A stretch of 64,000 nucleotides of DNA from Alphaproteobacteria bacterium (GCA_024402765.1 JAKSTC010000002.1:34037-98036), one strand, 5' to 3'; shown: positions 26,454 to 36,663, numbered from the stretch's first letter. Notes: a model not told the origin generated them from the sequence alone. Translations and numbers: made by a program.

Positions 26454-27209
26454 TTATTTGTTTTCATGTTTATCCACATAGCGGCTTAGTTCGCGCGTTA
26501 ATAAATTTATCTGGGGTAAAATTTCTTCTGTGGGTGCAGTAATCTGTGTGTGCGCAGACAGGTAATCTTCCAATTCACGAAAGATTGCATTTTGCGCGAG
26601 TTGAACATGCAAGCCCAAAAAACCAACAGACAAACTGAACGCGAGTCCCAATAGCGAACTCGTAAACGCGGTCGCCATACCCGACAGCGGTTGCGACAGG
26701 CCCACTTGCATCGTGTTCAAAACCGATTCGCTTGAAAAATCAAGTGCCGACAACAAATTAGAAAAACCGCCAACTGTTATAATCAATCCCCAAAATGTGC
26801 CGAGTAATCCTAAAAATATCAGTGTGTTTGTGATATATCGCACAGATTCACGTGAATCTTCGAATCGAATTAATATCATGTCTAAAAATCCCAACAGTGT
26901 GTTTGATGATATTGTCTTTGGACGTGCCTGTAACATCAATGCAACTGGGCGCAATAGCACAGGGGGCAGGGGGGCGTTTTTATTTCCATGAACATAGCCC
27001 GATAGCCAACGATATTCCGGTAACAACTTAAACATTTCAACAAAGCACAGACCGATTCCGAAAACGCCACACCCTATAATTATTCCGTTCAGGACAATGT
27101 TTGATGTCGCAATAGATATAAATTGTGGCCAGAAAAATATGACACCAACCAGCAATAGTGCTGTAAAAAAAGCCATGCGATTAAGAACACCATGAAAGTG
27201 GTTCGTCAT
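26454..27209 (-). CDS. MotA/TolQ/ExbB-like proton-channel family protein
   Basis: Multi-TM protein. LIFLGLLGTFWGLI and GMATAFTSSLLGLAFS resemble the conserved channel helices. Lies 18 nt upstream of the MotB-like gene. Confidence 0.6.
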   Translation of the reverse strand: MTNHFHGVLNRMAFFTALLLVGVIFFWPQFISIATSNIVLNGIIIGCGVFGIGLCFVEMFKLLPEYRWLSGYVHGNKNAPLPPVLLRPVALMLQARPKTISSNTLLGFLDMILIRFEDSRESVRYITNTLIFLGLLGTFWGLIITVGGFSNLLSALDFSSESVLNTMQVGLSQPLSGMATAFTSSLLGLAFSLSVGFLGLHVQLAQNAIFRELEDYLSAHTQITAPTEEILPQINLLTRELSRYVDKHENK

Positions 27210-27329
27210 AAAATCTCTCTTTGATATGTTGATGATAGTAAATTTACTGAATTTATGTCAATAGGGAAATAAAATGCTTGTGAAAAAATATAGAAATGTG
27301 TAATATGCGTCTATAAAGAGGAGAAAAAT

Positions 27330-27962
27330 ATGCCAAAAACAAATTCAAAAAAACAAACAAATGTTAAAAAAGTCGCTAAAAAAGTGCCTGTGAAAAAGGT
27401 TGTGAAAAAGACCGTAAAAAAGACGGCGGTGAAAAAAGCAACAGTGAAAAAAACTGTGGTTAAAAATGTGGAAAAAGTTGCACCGGCAAAACAACATGTT
27501 GTGTCTTTTGGTCGTGCATTTGTGAACTTTTTTAAGGGCTATTTTAATTTTACAGGAACCGCACAACGCAGTGAATATTGGTGGATGGTTTTGGCTATAT
27601 TTGGACCATTTTTTATCTTGGTTGGTATAACTATGTTTTTGTTGGCGCGTATTCCAATGGCAACCATTATGCCGGCGGAAATGTTAATTGCCGCAACACC
27701 AATTTGGATATGGTGGTTGTGGGTTATATATACACTGTGGACATTGGTCGCGTTGATTCCAATGTGGGCATTGATGGCGCGCCGTTTGCATGATGCCGGA
27801 ATTACTGCACATGTTTTGTGGATAAGTTTGTTGTTTGTTGTCGCAGAAATGTCTGTGGCACCGGTCAGCATGATATTAATGGGTGCATCGTGGACATGGT
27901 CTGTGGTAATGGTGATATTTATGTTGTTGCCATCAAAACTAAAAGATAACAAATATCGTTAA
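27330..27962 (+). CDS. DUF805 membrane protein with an N-terminal Lys-rich repeat tail
   Basis: KKVAKKVPVKKVVKKTVKKTAVKKATVKKTVVK repeats, then RSEYWWMVL and RRLHDAG (DUF805 signatures) with TM helices. Confidence 0.7.
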   Translation: MPKTNSKKQTNVKKVAKKVPVKKVVKKTVKKTAVKKATVKKTVVKNVEKVAPAKQHVVSFGRAFVNFFKGYFNFTGTAQRSEYWWMVLAIFGPFFILVGITMFLLARIPMATIMPAEMLIAATPIWIWWLWVIYTLWTLVALIPMWALMARRLHDAGITAHVLWISLLFVVAEMSVAPVSMILMGASWTWSVVMVIFMLLPSKLKDNKYR

Positions 27963-27979
27963 TGAAAAGTATATATAAT

Positions 27980-28006
27980 ACCGCCCATTTGGGCGGTGTT
28001 TTTTTT
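27980..28006 (+). terminator. Rho-independent terminator
   Basis: accgccc-attt-gggcggt plus a T-run. Confidence 0.65.
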
Positions 28007-28075
28007 GCATTTATGCCTATTTTGTGGTATAATTGTCAAAAAGAAAATGTATTACAAAACATAGAAAGGTAAAAG

Positions 28076-29014
28076 ATGAAACAAACCGATGAGCAACGTA
28101 TTGAATCAATAAAAAAGATATTGGATAAATTAAACCATCCTGAGCACAGGGACGTTGGCAATAAAAAAGATATTCTGGTCAACAGAACTAAAAAATATCC
28201 CAACTTAACAGAAACAGAACGCATGTTCGCAATAAGTGGCAAAGATACTTATGAAAGTGGTCAGCAGTGGTCTTGTGGAACAGTTGCAAAAACATTTTGT
28301 TATTTGAATTCGCAATTACCAAAATCTGAACAATTAGACCTTGAAATTATGATAAGCACACACCCTGACCATTTTATTGATAGTATGAGCAATCACACTC
28401 TGCCATGTGTAAAAATGGGTGACGGTAAATATTATGCGATTGAACCACAAAAAAGTATTATTCCAGACAGACCGCGTCACCCACAATTTCCAGATATACC
28501 GTTTATTATGGATGAAATCAAGGTCGGAAATAAAATTCATCATATTCTGAAAAGCATAATAGAAAAAGGCAATCGTCCATATCAAATAGCCGCAATTATG
28601 TCATGGCCAGAATACGAAAAAAACATGTCTGATTTTGGCAATTTTTTAAGAACGGCTTCTATACGTGATAAACAAACCAAGGAAATAATCGCAGCAATTG
28701 AAATTATATTAAAACAAATAAATAGTAAAAACAAAAAAGGCAACACATATACATTTTGTAAAGCATTTGGTAATTCAAAAGTACCAGTTAAAATTGTGTC
28801 TGTAAAAAAATCTGAGGATCACCCTTTTGATGCAATTACAATAAAAATCAAGGGAAACTTATATCATTTTTTTCCAGATCACTCATACTGTTTGTTACAT
28901 AAAGTATGCCCTAGTGGTGATACAATTCTTTCTGAACACACCCCATCGGAATATGTCCAAGAATATGAACAACATAATACATTAACAAATATGACAAATA
29001 AAGAAAGGCAATAA
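28076..29014 (+). CDS. Hypothetical protein (312 aa)
   Basis: Clean ORF, translationally close to the downstream GNAT gene. The only hint is a GQQWSCG Cys context, which is not sufficient for a call. Confidence 0.5.
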   Translation: MKQTDEQRIESIKKILDKLNHPEHRDVGNKKDILVNRTKKYPNLTETERMFAISGKDTYESGQQWSCGTVAKTFCYLNSQLPKSEQLDLEIMISTHPDHFIDSMSNHTLPCVKMGDGKYYAIEPQKSIIPDRPRHPQFPDIPFIMDEIKVGNKIHHILKSIIEKGNRPYQIAAIMSWPEYEKNMSDFGNFLRTASIRDKQTKEIIAAIEIILKQINSKNKKGNTYTFCKAFGNSKVPVKIVSVKKSEDHPFDAITIKIKGNLYHFFPDHSYCLLHKVCPSGDTILSEHTPSEYVQEYEQHNTLTNMTNKERQ

Positions 29015-29016
29015 TC

Positions 29017-29619
29017 ATGACATCTATGGAAAAGTTTTATGAATTATTTAGACGAGATTTGAAAACACCACGTCTGGAACTGCGGGTCTTGAAACCAACA
29101 CCAGAAAACGCGAAACTGGTATGGAATGCAATAAAAGATGAAAATCCTGCAGATTTTAAGTATGTAAACTGGACCCCAGGGTATAAAAAACCGTTGCCAG
29201 AAAGTTTAGATGAAACATTAGTACAAATGCAAAAAGAGGAACAACACGATGTGACCCCAAATGGTGCGGTTTGGTATGTGTTTCATAATGGAAAACTGAT
29301 TGGGCATCATGGTGTGTTTTATTTTGATAATAATAAATCTATACAATCTGGGAATGTGTGGTTCGTAAAATCTGCACAGAAACAAGGTTTTAATCAAGAG
29401 ATATGGTCTTTGTTAATGAAAATGGCGTTTGAACAATTGGGTGCAAACAGAATAATGCGTCAATGTATGGCGAACAATGAACAATCTCAAAAATCTATTA
29501 TGGCTAGTGGTTTTCATCTTGATGGGCGTATACGCGCATCGACACAGATGCCCGATGGCAGTTACATGGATCAACTGGTATTTACAAAACTGCTCTGCGA
29601 ATACAATGGTAAGCAATAA
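29017..29619 (+). CDS. GNAT family N-acetyltransferase (RimJ/RimL-like)
   Basis: LKTPRLELRVLKPT N-terminus and a Q/RxxGxG-like core (KQGFNQE), typical of RimJ/L-type GNATs. Confidence 0.65.
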   Translation: MTSMEKFYELFRRDLKTPRLELRVLKPTPENAKLVWNAIKDENPADFKYVNWTPGYKKPLPESLDETLVQMQKEEQHDVTPNGAVWYVFHNGKLIGHHGVFYFDNNKSIQSGNVWFVKSAQKQGFNQEIWSLLMKMAFEQLGANRIMRQCMANNEQSQKSIMASGFHLDGRIRASTQMPDGSYMDQLVFTKLLCEYNGKQ

Positions 29620-29631
29620 AAGGCATATCAC

Positions 29632-30183
29632 ATGAATAATTTATCAGAATTTCCACAAACTATTAAAACACCACGATTGGTGTTACGGGTTGTGGAACCG
29701 ACCGAGGAGAATGCAACAAAACTTTTTAATATCATTGAACAGAATCGCGATTACCTTATGAATTGGCAAGGACATTTTGGCGAATTAAAAACCGTTGCCG
29801 ATGTTGTTGCATATTTGAATAAACGCGCAAAACAGATACAAACGAATACAGGTGTGTGTTTCTATATCTATCTTGATAACAATATTATTGGGCGAATCCG
29901 GTTTTTTGATATTCATGATAATGGGTGTGAAATAGGATATTGGTTGATTGAATCTGCAAATGGACATGGATATATGAGTGAGGCATTATCTGCGCTGGAA
30001 ACAGAATTATTTAAGTTCGGGTTCAAAAAGGTCACTTTGGACATAGATAATGGTAATACACATTCGGAAAATCTGGCCAAACGAAATGGCTACAAACTCG
30101 CCAAGCGTTTGTTGATGAATTCATGGGCCAAATGTGTCGGCAAATGCGATTCTTTGATATATGAGAAAATGCAAAGAGATTAG
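29632..30183 (+). CDS. GNAT family N-acetyltransferase (RimL-like)
   Basis: IKTPRLVLRVVEPTEENA, IGYWLIESANGHGYMSEAL. Confidence 0.7.
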   Translation: MNNLSEFPQTIKTPRLVLRVVEPTEENATKLFNIIEQNRDYLMNWQGHFGELKTVADVVAYLNKRAKQIQTNTGVCFYIYLDNNIIGRIRFFDIHDNGCEIGYWLIESANGHGYMSEALSALETELFKFGFKKVTLDIDNGNTHSENLAKRNGYKLAKRLLMNSWAKCVGKCDSLIYEKMQRD

Positions 30184-30401
30184 CGATGATTCAGCATTTT
30201 TATTTTTTTCGGCATGGTCAGACAAATGAATAATTTTTTGTAATCGGTGTGGTTCAATACGAAAACCAGTAGTAAAGCCAAGTAAAGATTCTAACTTATC
30301 TGCGTTTTTTGCTTGATTTTTATAAAGAAAATGCCATAATGGGGGCGTTCCTGCTGATGACATGGGGTCATCGGCCGATAGAATAGACCAAAGGAAATAA
30401 A

Positions 30402-30749
30402 ATGGCTTACTATGAAAGTGTCTTGGTTTTTCGCCAGGACCTAACCGAAACGCAGGTTAAAGAAAAAGCGTCTAAATTTACTGAAATAATCAAGGAATTG
30501 GGTGGTAATGTAAAATCTACTGAATTCTGGGGATTGAAAAACTTGGCTTATGTTATTCGTAAAAATCACAAAGCGCACTATGTTTTGTTGAATATCGAAT
30601 TGCCGGGCAATCAAATCACAGAATTGGAACGTCGCAGCCGTATCGACGAAGACGTTATTCGTTTCTTGAATGTTCGTGTTGATGAATTGGCAACTGCGCC
30701 ATCCATCATGATGAAAAAGAACTCTGATACAGAAGAAGAGGTGGCATAA
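30402..30749 (+). CDS. rpsF: 30S ribosomal protein S6
   Basis: [14 protein letters not shown]...[22 protein letters not shown]. Confidence 0.95.
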   Translation: MAYYESVLVFRQDLTETQVKEKASKFTEIIKELGGNVKSTEFWGLKNLAYVIRKNHKAHYVLLNIELPGNQITELERRSRIDEDVIRFLNVRVDELATAPSIMMKKNSDTEEEVA

Positions 30750-30976
30750 TGGCAGTTCGTGCAGCAATTTATCGTAAAAAATCTAACCCATTGAAAGATA
30801 AGGTTATTGATTACAAGGATATTAAACTTTTGTCACACTATATCACAGAACGTGGCAAAATCGTTCCATCACGCATCAGTGGTGTTTCCCAGAAAGATCA
30901 GCGCGCTTTGGCGACTGCTATTAAACGCGCACGTCATTTGGGATTGTTACCATTTGTCAGAAATCATTTGGGCTAA
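30749..30976 (+). CDS. rpsR: 30S ribosomal protein S18
   Basis: [50 protein letters not shown]. Confidence 0.95.
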   Translation: MAVRAAIYRKKSNPLKDKVIDYKDIKLLSHYITERGKIVPSRISGVSQKDQRALATAIKRARHLGLLPFVRNHLG

Positions 30977-31010
30977 AACGGCTCTAACTTTAATATAAAG
31001 GACAGATAAA

Positions 31011-31601
31011 ATGAAAGTTATATTGACAGAAAAAATTACAAAGTTGGGCAATATCGGTGATACGGTTGAGGTTAAAACTGGATTTGCTCGTAACTATTTG
31101 TTGCCAAACAACAAGGCGATGCGTTTCACAAAAGAAAATGTTGCTTTGTTTGAGGCGAAAAAGGCTGAATTACAGGCACGCCAGGATGCTGCACGTAAAA
31201 CTGCGGAATCATTTGTTGATGCGGTTAAAAACGCAAAATTGCATATGATTCGCCAGGCAGGTGATACAGGTCAATTGTATGGTTCTGTATCAACACGCGA
31301 TATTGCGCGTATGTTGAAAGAGGTTGCAAATGTTTCTGTGGAATCAGCCCAGGTTATGTTGGGTGCCCCAATTAAAACAATTGGTGCGTTTGATACACAA
31401 ATTGCATTACACCCAGATGTGATTGTGCCGGTTAAGGTTTATGTTGCACAAACACAGGATGAAATTGATGCTTTGGTCGCAGGTAAGGTTTTGACTTTTG
31501 GAACCAAAAAGGTTGAAGAAGAACCAAGTTCTGAAGAAAAAGCAGAAGAACAGGTGGAAGAAAAACCAGCAGAAGAAGCAAAAGCCGAAGTTGCTGAATA
31601 A
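31011..31601 (+). CDS. rplI: 50S ribosomal protein L9 with an acidic C-terminal extension
   Basis: MKVILTEKITKLGNIGDTVEVKTGFARNYLLP. Confidence 0.95.
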   Translation: MKVILTEKITKLGNIGDTVEVKTGFARNYLLPNNKAMRFTKENVALFEAKKAELQARQDAARKTAESFVDAVKNAKLHMIRQAGDTGQLYGSVSTRDIARMLKEVANVSVESAQVMLGAPIKTIGAFDTQIALHPDVIVPVKVYVAQTQDEIDALVAGKVLTFGTKKVEEEPSSEEKAEEQVEEKPAEEAKAEVAE

Positions 31602-31620
31602 TTTCTTTCTATATCAAAAC

Positions 31621-31646
31621 AAAAGGGTGCCTTTGGCACCTTTTTG
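31621..31646 (+). terminator. Rho-independent terminator after rplI
   Basis: ggtgcc-ttt-ggcacc plus a T-run. Confidence 0.65.
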
Positions 31647-31682
31647 TATTTGTATTTGTGTATAATTGATTATAATAAAACT

Positions 31683-32339
31683 ATGAAACTGGAATCAGAT
31701 GGAATTTTGATTGGATTGCGACCGTTGGGGGAACGCGATGTTATCGTGAAAATTTTTACGTGTGATTATGGGGTTGTGTCTGGTGTTATTCGTGCGGGAC
31801 TGGTTGCAACACATAATAAACCATTGGTGGGACAGTTCGGACAAGCAATATGGGTTGCCCGTTTGGATACTCAATTGGGCGCTTTTCATTGGGATGTTAA
31901 TTATAATATGTTGGTCAAAATAATTGATAAACCCGATTCGTTGATGTTAATGAATAGTGCTTTTTCTTTAATTGATATTTTGATTCCAGAACGTGAAGAA
32001 TATAAACAATTGTATGCTGATACGATGAATATGTTGCACACATTAGGAACGGAAAACGAAAAAAATGCATATTTAAATTGGGAAATTGCGTTGCTTTCGC
32101 ATTTGGGGTACGCGATGGATTTGTCGCATTGTTCTGGTTGTGGAACGACAGATAATTTGCACTATATTTCGCCACGAACATCGCGCGCTGTTTGTGACAA
32201 ATGTGCACAACCATATCTGGATAAATTGTATAAATTACCTGTGGATTTGAATATAACATTACGATTTTTGGAAAATATATGCGTGCAACAGGGCACAAAT
32301 CTGCCATATTTTAGGCGGTGTGTGAAAAATGTTTTTTAA
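31683..32339 (+). CDS. recO: DNA repair protein RecO
   Basis: MKLESDGILIGLRPLGERDVIVKIFT (OB N-terminus) and a CSGCG...CDKC zinc motif. Confidence 0.8.
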   Translation: MKLESDGILIGLRPLGERDVIVKIFTCDYGVVSGVIRAGLVATHNKPLVGQFGQAIWVARLDTQLGAFHWDVNYNMLVKIIDKPDSLMLMNSAFSLIDILIPEREEYKQLYADTMNMLHTLGTENEKNAYLNWEIALLSHLGYAMDLSHCSGCGTTDNLHYISPRTSRAVCDKCAQPYLDKLYKLPVDLNITLRFLENICVQQGTNLPYFRRCVKNVF

Positions 32340-32420
32340 ATGCAATTTTGTGAATTAATTGCTTGCGATTTTTTATAAATTTGCTATTGTTACTTCGTTC
32401 AACAAACAAAGGAGAAAACT

Positions 32421-33242
32421 ATGACTTGGACAATATTGGTTCTGGTATTGGCGATTGCTCTTTACTTGTTCGGCGGTATGCTGATTGGTGATAATGCTAA
32501 AAAACCAACTACTGGTTCTATCTTAATTAAAAAAAGCATCAAAGTATGTTCAATTTTGTTAATCGCAGGTTGCGTATGCCGCTTGTACACACCGATCTAT
32601 TTGGTTAATACAAATCCTATGATTTTACAAGATATGGCTAACAATATGCAGGCAAAACAGGCCGAAGAAAAGAACAAGGCCGTTCGTGCGTTCGTTCGTA
32701 CAAATGCTGCTGAGATGATGGCGGATGCCCCAATTTTGGGTAATGTTGATGCGGAAAAGACAATATTTGTTTGGACCGACTTTTCATGCCCATATTGCCG
32801 TCGTGTTCATGGCGAATTGGAACGTGTGTTGAAAAATCGCAATGATGTTCGTGTTGTTATAAAGAACTTTTCTATCCACGGTGATTTGTCTGATGCACCT
32901 GCTCGCGCGGTTATTGCTGCAAAAATGCAAGACAATGCAAAGGCTGCTGAATTAGTCAGCAAATTGATGACAAATGAATACTTTACCCAAGATGATATGA
33001 AGGATCAGTCAAAATTAGCAGGAAAAATCAAAGCAAGTGTCATGAAATTTGCAAAACAAGCCGGTTTGGATACAACTAAATTAGCAGAAGATATGGAAAG
33101 CGAAGTTGTTGCAAGAGAATTGGCAAACGTTCGTGACTTGGCTCAACAATTTGAAATTAATGGAACACCATTCTTGATTATTGGTGAACAAGCATTCCCA
33201 GGTGCGATTCCATATTCTCAAATTATCAATGCTTTGAACTAA
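32421..33242 (+). CDS. Membrane-anchored DsbA-family thiol:disulfide oxidoreductase
   Basis: N-terminal TM helices. The thioredoxin-fold active site is FSCPYCRRVH (CPYC). Confidence 0.75.
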   Translation: MTWTILVLVLAIALYLFGGMLIGDNAKKPTTGSILIKKSIKVCSILLIAGCVCRLYTPIYLVNTNPMILQDMANNMQAKQAEEKNKAVRAFVRTNAAEMMADAPILGNVDAEKTIFVWTDFSCPYCRRVHGELERVLKNRNDVRVVIKNFSIHGDLSDAPARAVIAAKMQDNAKAAELVSKLMTNEYFTQDDMKDQSKLAGKIKASVMKFAKQAGLDTTKLAEDMESEVVARELANVRDLAQQFEINGTPFLIIGEQAFPGAIPYSQIINALN

Positions 33243-33260
33243 AGATATTAATTGATGCAG

Positions 33261-33295
33261 AAAAGAACGCGCCAAATGGTGCGTTCTTTTTTTAT
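33261..33295. terminator. Bidirectional terminator (dsbA-like / polA)
   Basis: agaacgcgcc-aaat-ggtgcgttct long hairpin with A and T flanks. Confidence 0.65.
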
Positions 33296-33310
33296 ATTTT
33301 TTACTGGTTT

Positions 33311-36085
33311 TTATTTTCCCCAATCTGGGCCAATTACGTATTCGGCAACCAATGGCACAGATAATTCCGTTATGTGTTCCATTTTGTCTTTGATTAAATC
33401 TGCAAAATGTTGTGCGACTGATTCATCACATTCAAATATTATTTCATCATGAACCTGCATAATCATATGAATTTTGTCGCTGTTCGGTTTTACAATTTCA
33501 TTATTTATTACAATCATCGCGCGACGCATAATATCCGCCTCAAAACCCTGAATTGGTGCGTTGATTGCGGCACGCATTGCGTATGCACGCAGACGGGGGC
33601 TGGCAACTTCTGGCAATTCTATTCTGCGTCCCCATGGTGTATAAACGCATGCATTGTCAGCGGCGAATTTTTTTATACTGTCAATATATGCTTTTACTTC
33701 GGGCAGGCCGTTCATATACGAATCGATGATTTCGCGTGCAGCACTGCGTGAAATACCTAACTGGGACGATAGCCCAAAAGACGACACACCATAAATTATT
33801 GAAAAGTTGACAGTTTTTGCAGCGCGGCGCATTTCGCGTGGCACAGGTTCGTTTTGTGGGATATTAAATATCTTGCGCGCGGTTTGTTCGTGAATGTCGG
33901 TGCCTGTTAAAAAAGTTTCCTTGAACGTTTTAACATTTGCAACATCCGCCAACAGACGCAATTGAATTTGTGAATAGTCAACCGATATCAAGACGCGACC
34001 CGTTGGTGCAACAAAGCATTTTCTGATTTCTTCACCCAGTTCGGTTTTAATCGGAATATTTTGCAGGTTTGGATCGCGCGACGACAGGCGACCTGTATTT
34101 GTGCTGGTCTGCATATATGTTGTGTGAATCCGGCCGTCATTTGCAATTTGTTTTGGCAGGGAATCTGTATAAGTTCCCGCGAGTTTTGCCACAGAACGCC
34201 AATTCAAAATTTTTTCTATGACCGGATGCGTGTCGGATAAATCGTTCAATGTATCTGCATCGGTTGAACGTTTTTTGTTTGCAGGCAAATGTAGTTCGTC
34301 AAATAAAATTGATGCCAGTTGTTTCGGACTCGCAATATTAAACTCATGCCCGACCATTTCCCAAATTTCGTTTTGTAATTTATCAAGTTGTGCGTGGAAC
34401 ACATTTGATAAATTATTTAACTTTGATTGGTTGACCAATACACCGATTCTTTCCATAGAAACCAATATCGGCAACAATGGTAAATCACATGTTTCATAAA
34501 GTTGTTTTAATTTTTCGTTTGCGTTTAATTGTGGGCGCATTAAATCATACAGGGCAAAACAACAGATAGCATCTTCGGCGGCATATGGTGTCGCAACAGA
34601 AATATCTAATTCTGCGAAATTCCGATTCACATCACGCACAGATGCGTCAAACAAAGACGCAAAGGAAATATTGTTATGATTCAAATACTTTAATGCCAAT
34701 TCGTCCAGGCCATGCCCGTGTAATGTTCCATGCAGAATATATGATAACAACATAGTATCATCAATGTTTGTAATCTGGGAAATGTCCCAACCCATATTGG
34801 CGAGTATGTGTAAATCGTATTTCAGATTATGCCCAACCTTTACAATGTTTTTGTCTGTAAATATCGGCCAGAGTTTTTTATAAACTGTTGCAATATCCAA
34901 TTGATTTGGTGTGGAAATACTATCGCCAAATAAATCGTTGCTGATGCTAATGTGATTCAGTGGAATATAACACCCATGCGTTGAATCATACGCCAAAGAC
35001 AGCCCGACGATTTTTGCATTGATTTGGTTTAGTCCGGTTGTTTCAGTATCAAACGCAACGACACCTGTGATATGTGATAAAAATTTATCCAGTTGCGCAA
35101 CAGTTGAAATTGTTTCAAATTCCATTTTTAATTCAGGGGCGGTTTGTGCGACGGGTGCACCAGATACGACAAAGTCGGTGGGACAGACGGAGCCCGCATA
35201 AGAAAATTCTTGCGCTGGGGCATCACTATTCATCGGAAATAGTTTTAAAATTTTATCAGCCAAAGATTTACTTTCAATTTGCACCTGAACAAATTCCAGC
35301 GCAGATTTTGTGTTAAACACAAATGGTGTAATGTTTAATCCGTCCAGGTCAACGTCAGTCTTTAATGTAACGAGTTTGCGAGAGATATACGCCATATCTT
35401 TACCGGCAATTAACATATTGCGTGTGCGTTCATTTGGAATTTTATCAATGTTCGCATACAGGTTGTCTAAACTGCCAAATTCAGAAATTAATTCGGTCGC
35501 TTTTTTTGGACCAATGCCGGCAACCCCCGGCACATTATCAGACGAATCGCCCATTAAACTTTGGACATCAACCACCTGGTCTGGACGAACACCGAATTTT
35601 TCTAAAACTTCTTTTTCGCGCACATCATGTTGTTTCATACCGTCATATAAAAATACACAATCAGACACCAGTTGCATTAAATCCTTGTCACTCGTAATGA
35701 TTCGTGTTGCATCGGTTGTGTTGCAATTTTGTTTTGCGATTGTTGCGATGACATCATCGGCCTCAACCCCCGGGATACATAATACCGGCATACCCAATGC
35801 CGCCATACCGGTTCGTATCAGGGCACCTTGGGCAATTAAATCAGCAGGTGTTTCATGACGGTTTGCCTTGTAGTTGGGATAAATATCCTGGCGGAAAGTT
35901 TGACGTGACGCATCAAACACACATACGAATTTATCATCGGGTTTTGCAGCGGACAACAGGGGCAAAACCATATTGAAAAAGCCATAAACTGCACCCGTTG
36001 GTGTGCCATCAGACCGTGTCAGGCGTGAATGAACACCATAATAGGCACGAAACAATAAAGAATTTCCATCAATCAGTGTTAACAT
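33311..36085 (-). CDS. polA: DNA polymerase I
   Basis: 924 aa with a 5' nuclease N-terminus, a 3'-5' exonuclease (FDTETTGL) and a polymerase domain (RRAAKTVNFSIIYG, QVHDE). Confidence 0.95.
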   Translation of the reverse strand: MLTLIDGNSLLFRAYYGVHSRLTRSDGTPTGAVYGFFNMVLPLLSAAKPDDKFVCVFDASRQTFRQDIYPNYKANRHETPADLIAQGALIRTGMAALGMPVLCIPGVEADDVIATIAKQNCNTTDATRIITSDKDLMQLVSDCVFLYDGMKQHDVREKEVLEKFGVRPDQVVDVQSLMGDSSDNVPGVAGIGPKKATELISEFGSLDNLYANIDKIPNERTRNMLIAGKDMAYISRKLVTLKTDVDLDGLNITPFVFNTKSALEFVQVQIESKSLADKILKLFPMNSDAPAQEFSYAGSVCPTDFVVSGAPVAQTAPELKMEFETISTVAQLDKFLSHITGVVAFDTETTGLNQINAKIVGLSLAYDSTHGCYIPLNHISISNDLFGDSISTPNQLDIATVYKKLWPIFTDKNIVKVGHNLKYDLHILANMGWDISQITNIDDTMLLSYILHGTLHGHGLDELALKYLNHNNISFASLFDASVRDVNRNFAELDISVATPYAAEDAICCFALYDLMRPQLNANEKLKQLYETCDLPLLPILVSMERIGVLVNQSKLNNLSNVFHAQLDKLQNEIWEMVGHEFNIASPKQLASILFDELHLPANKKRSTDADTLNDLSDTHPVIEKILNWRSVAKLAGTYTDSLPKQIANDGRIHTTYMQTSTNTGRLSSRDPNLQNIPIKTELGEEIRKCFVAPTGRVLISVDYSQIQLRLLADVANVKTFKETFLTGTDIHEQTARKIFNIPQNEPVPREMRRAAKTVNFSIIYGVSSFGLSSQLGISRSAAREIIDSYMNGLPEVKAYIDSIKKFAADNACVYTPWGRRIELPEVASPRLRAYAMRAAINAPIQGFEADIMRRAMIVINNEIVKPNSDKIHMIMQVHDEIIFECDESVAQHFADLIKDKMEHITELSVPLVAEYVIGPDWGK

Positions 36086-36144
36086 CGGAATTATTGTTTT
36101 CCTTTATTTTTTATAGTATTATAATAGAGAAAAAGGTAGTAAGT

Positions 36145-36663
36145 ATGCAAGAAAATAAACCGTTGTTAATTGTTGGATTGGGCAACCCCGGGGCGCAATA
36201 TAATTTGACGCGTCATAATGTTGGCTTTATGGCTGTAACATATTTAGCGGGGGCGGATGCCACATGGCGCGATGAACATAATGCAAAAACCGCGCGCGGT
36301 GAAATTGACGGGCGTAAAGTTATTTTTGCGCTGCCACAGACATTTATGAACGACAGTGGGCGGGCGGTGTCTGCGTTAATGACATTTTATAAAATACCGT
36401 TGGAAAATTTGATTGTGATTCATGATGATATGGATTTGCGTGTTGGCGATAAACGCGAAAAAGTTGGCGGGGGCAGTGCGGGTCATAATGGAATACGTTC
36501 TATTGATTCGGCGGTTGGTGTGGACTATCGCCGTATCAGAATTGGCATTGGTCATCCACGCGATTTTAATTCACCTATTGAACCGGTTGATTGGGTGCTT
36601 GGTAAATTTGATGATGAACAATTAAAGGCAATTAAATCGATAATTGAATCAATAGCGATTTAG
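36145..36663 (+). CDS. pth: Peptidyl-tRNA hydrolase
   Basis: LIVGLGNPGAQYNLTRHNVGF, DDMDL, GGSAGHNG. Start is at MQENK (ATG 36145). Confidence 0.9.
   Translation: MQENKPLLIVGLGNPGAQYNLTRHNVGFMAVTYLAGADATWRDEHNAKTARGEIDGRKVIFALPQTFMNDSGRAVSALMTFYKIPLENLIVIHDDMDLRVGDKREKVGGGSAGHNGIRSIDSAVGVDYRRIRIGIGHPRDFNSPIEPVDWVLGKFDDEQLKAIKSIIESIAI

Noticed and set aside
25383-27209. Zorya-like defence or flagellar stator assignment for the MotA/MotB-like pair
   Set aside because: There are no ZorC/ZorD-like or flagellar genes nearby. The long coiled coil is on the MotB-like subunit, not on the MotA-like one. The evidence is insufficient for either label.
30184-30401. Possible S6:S18-binding rpsF leader (hairpin gctgatga-catgggg-tcatcggc at about 30350-30372)
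   Set aside because: A hairpin is visible, but I cannot verify the conserved leader motif by eye. This needs an Rfam scan.
35310-35858. 182-aa plus-strand ORF and other ORFs inside polA
   Set aside because: They are antisense to a complete, motif-rich polA CDS.
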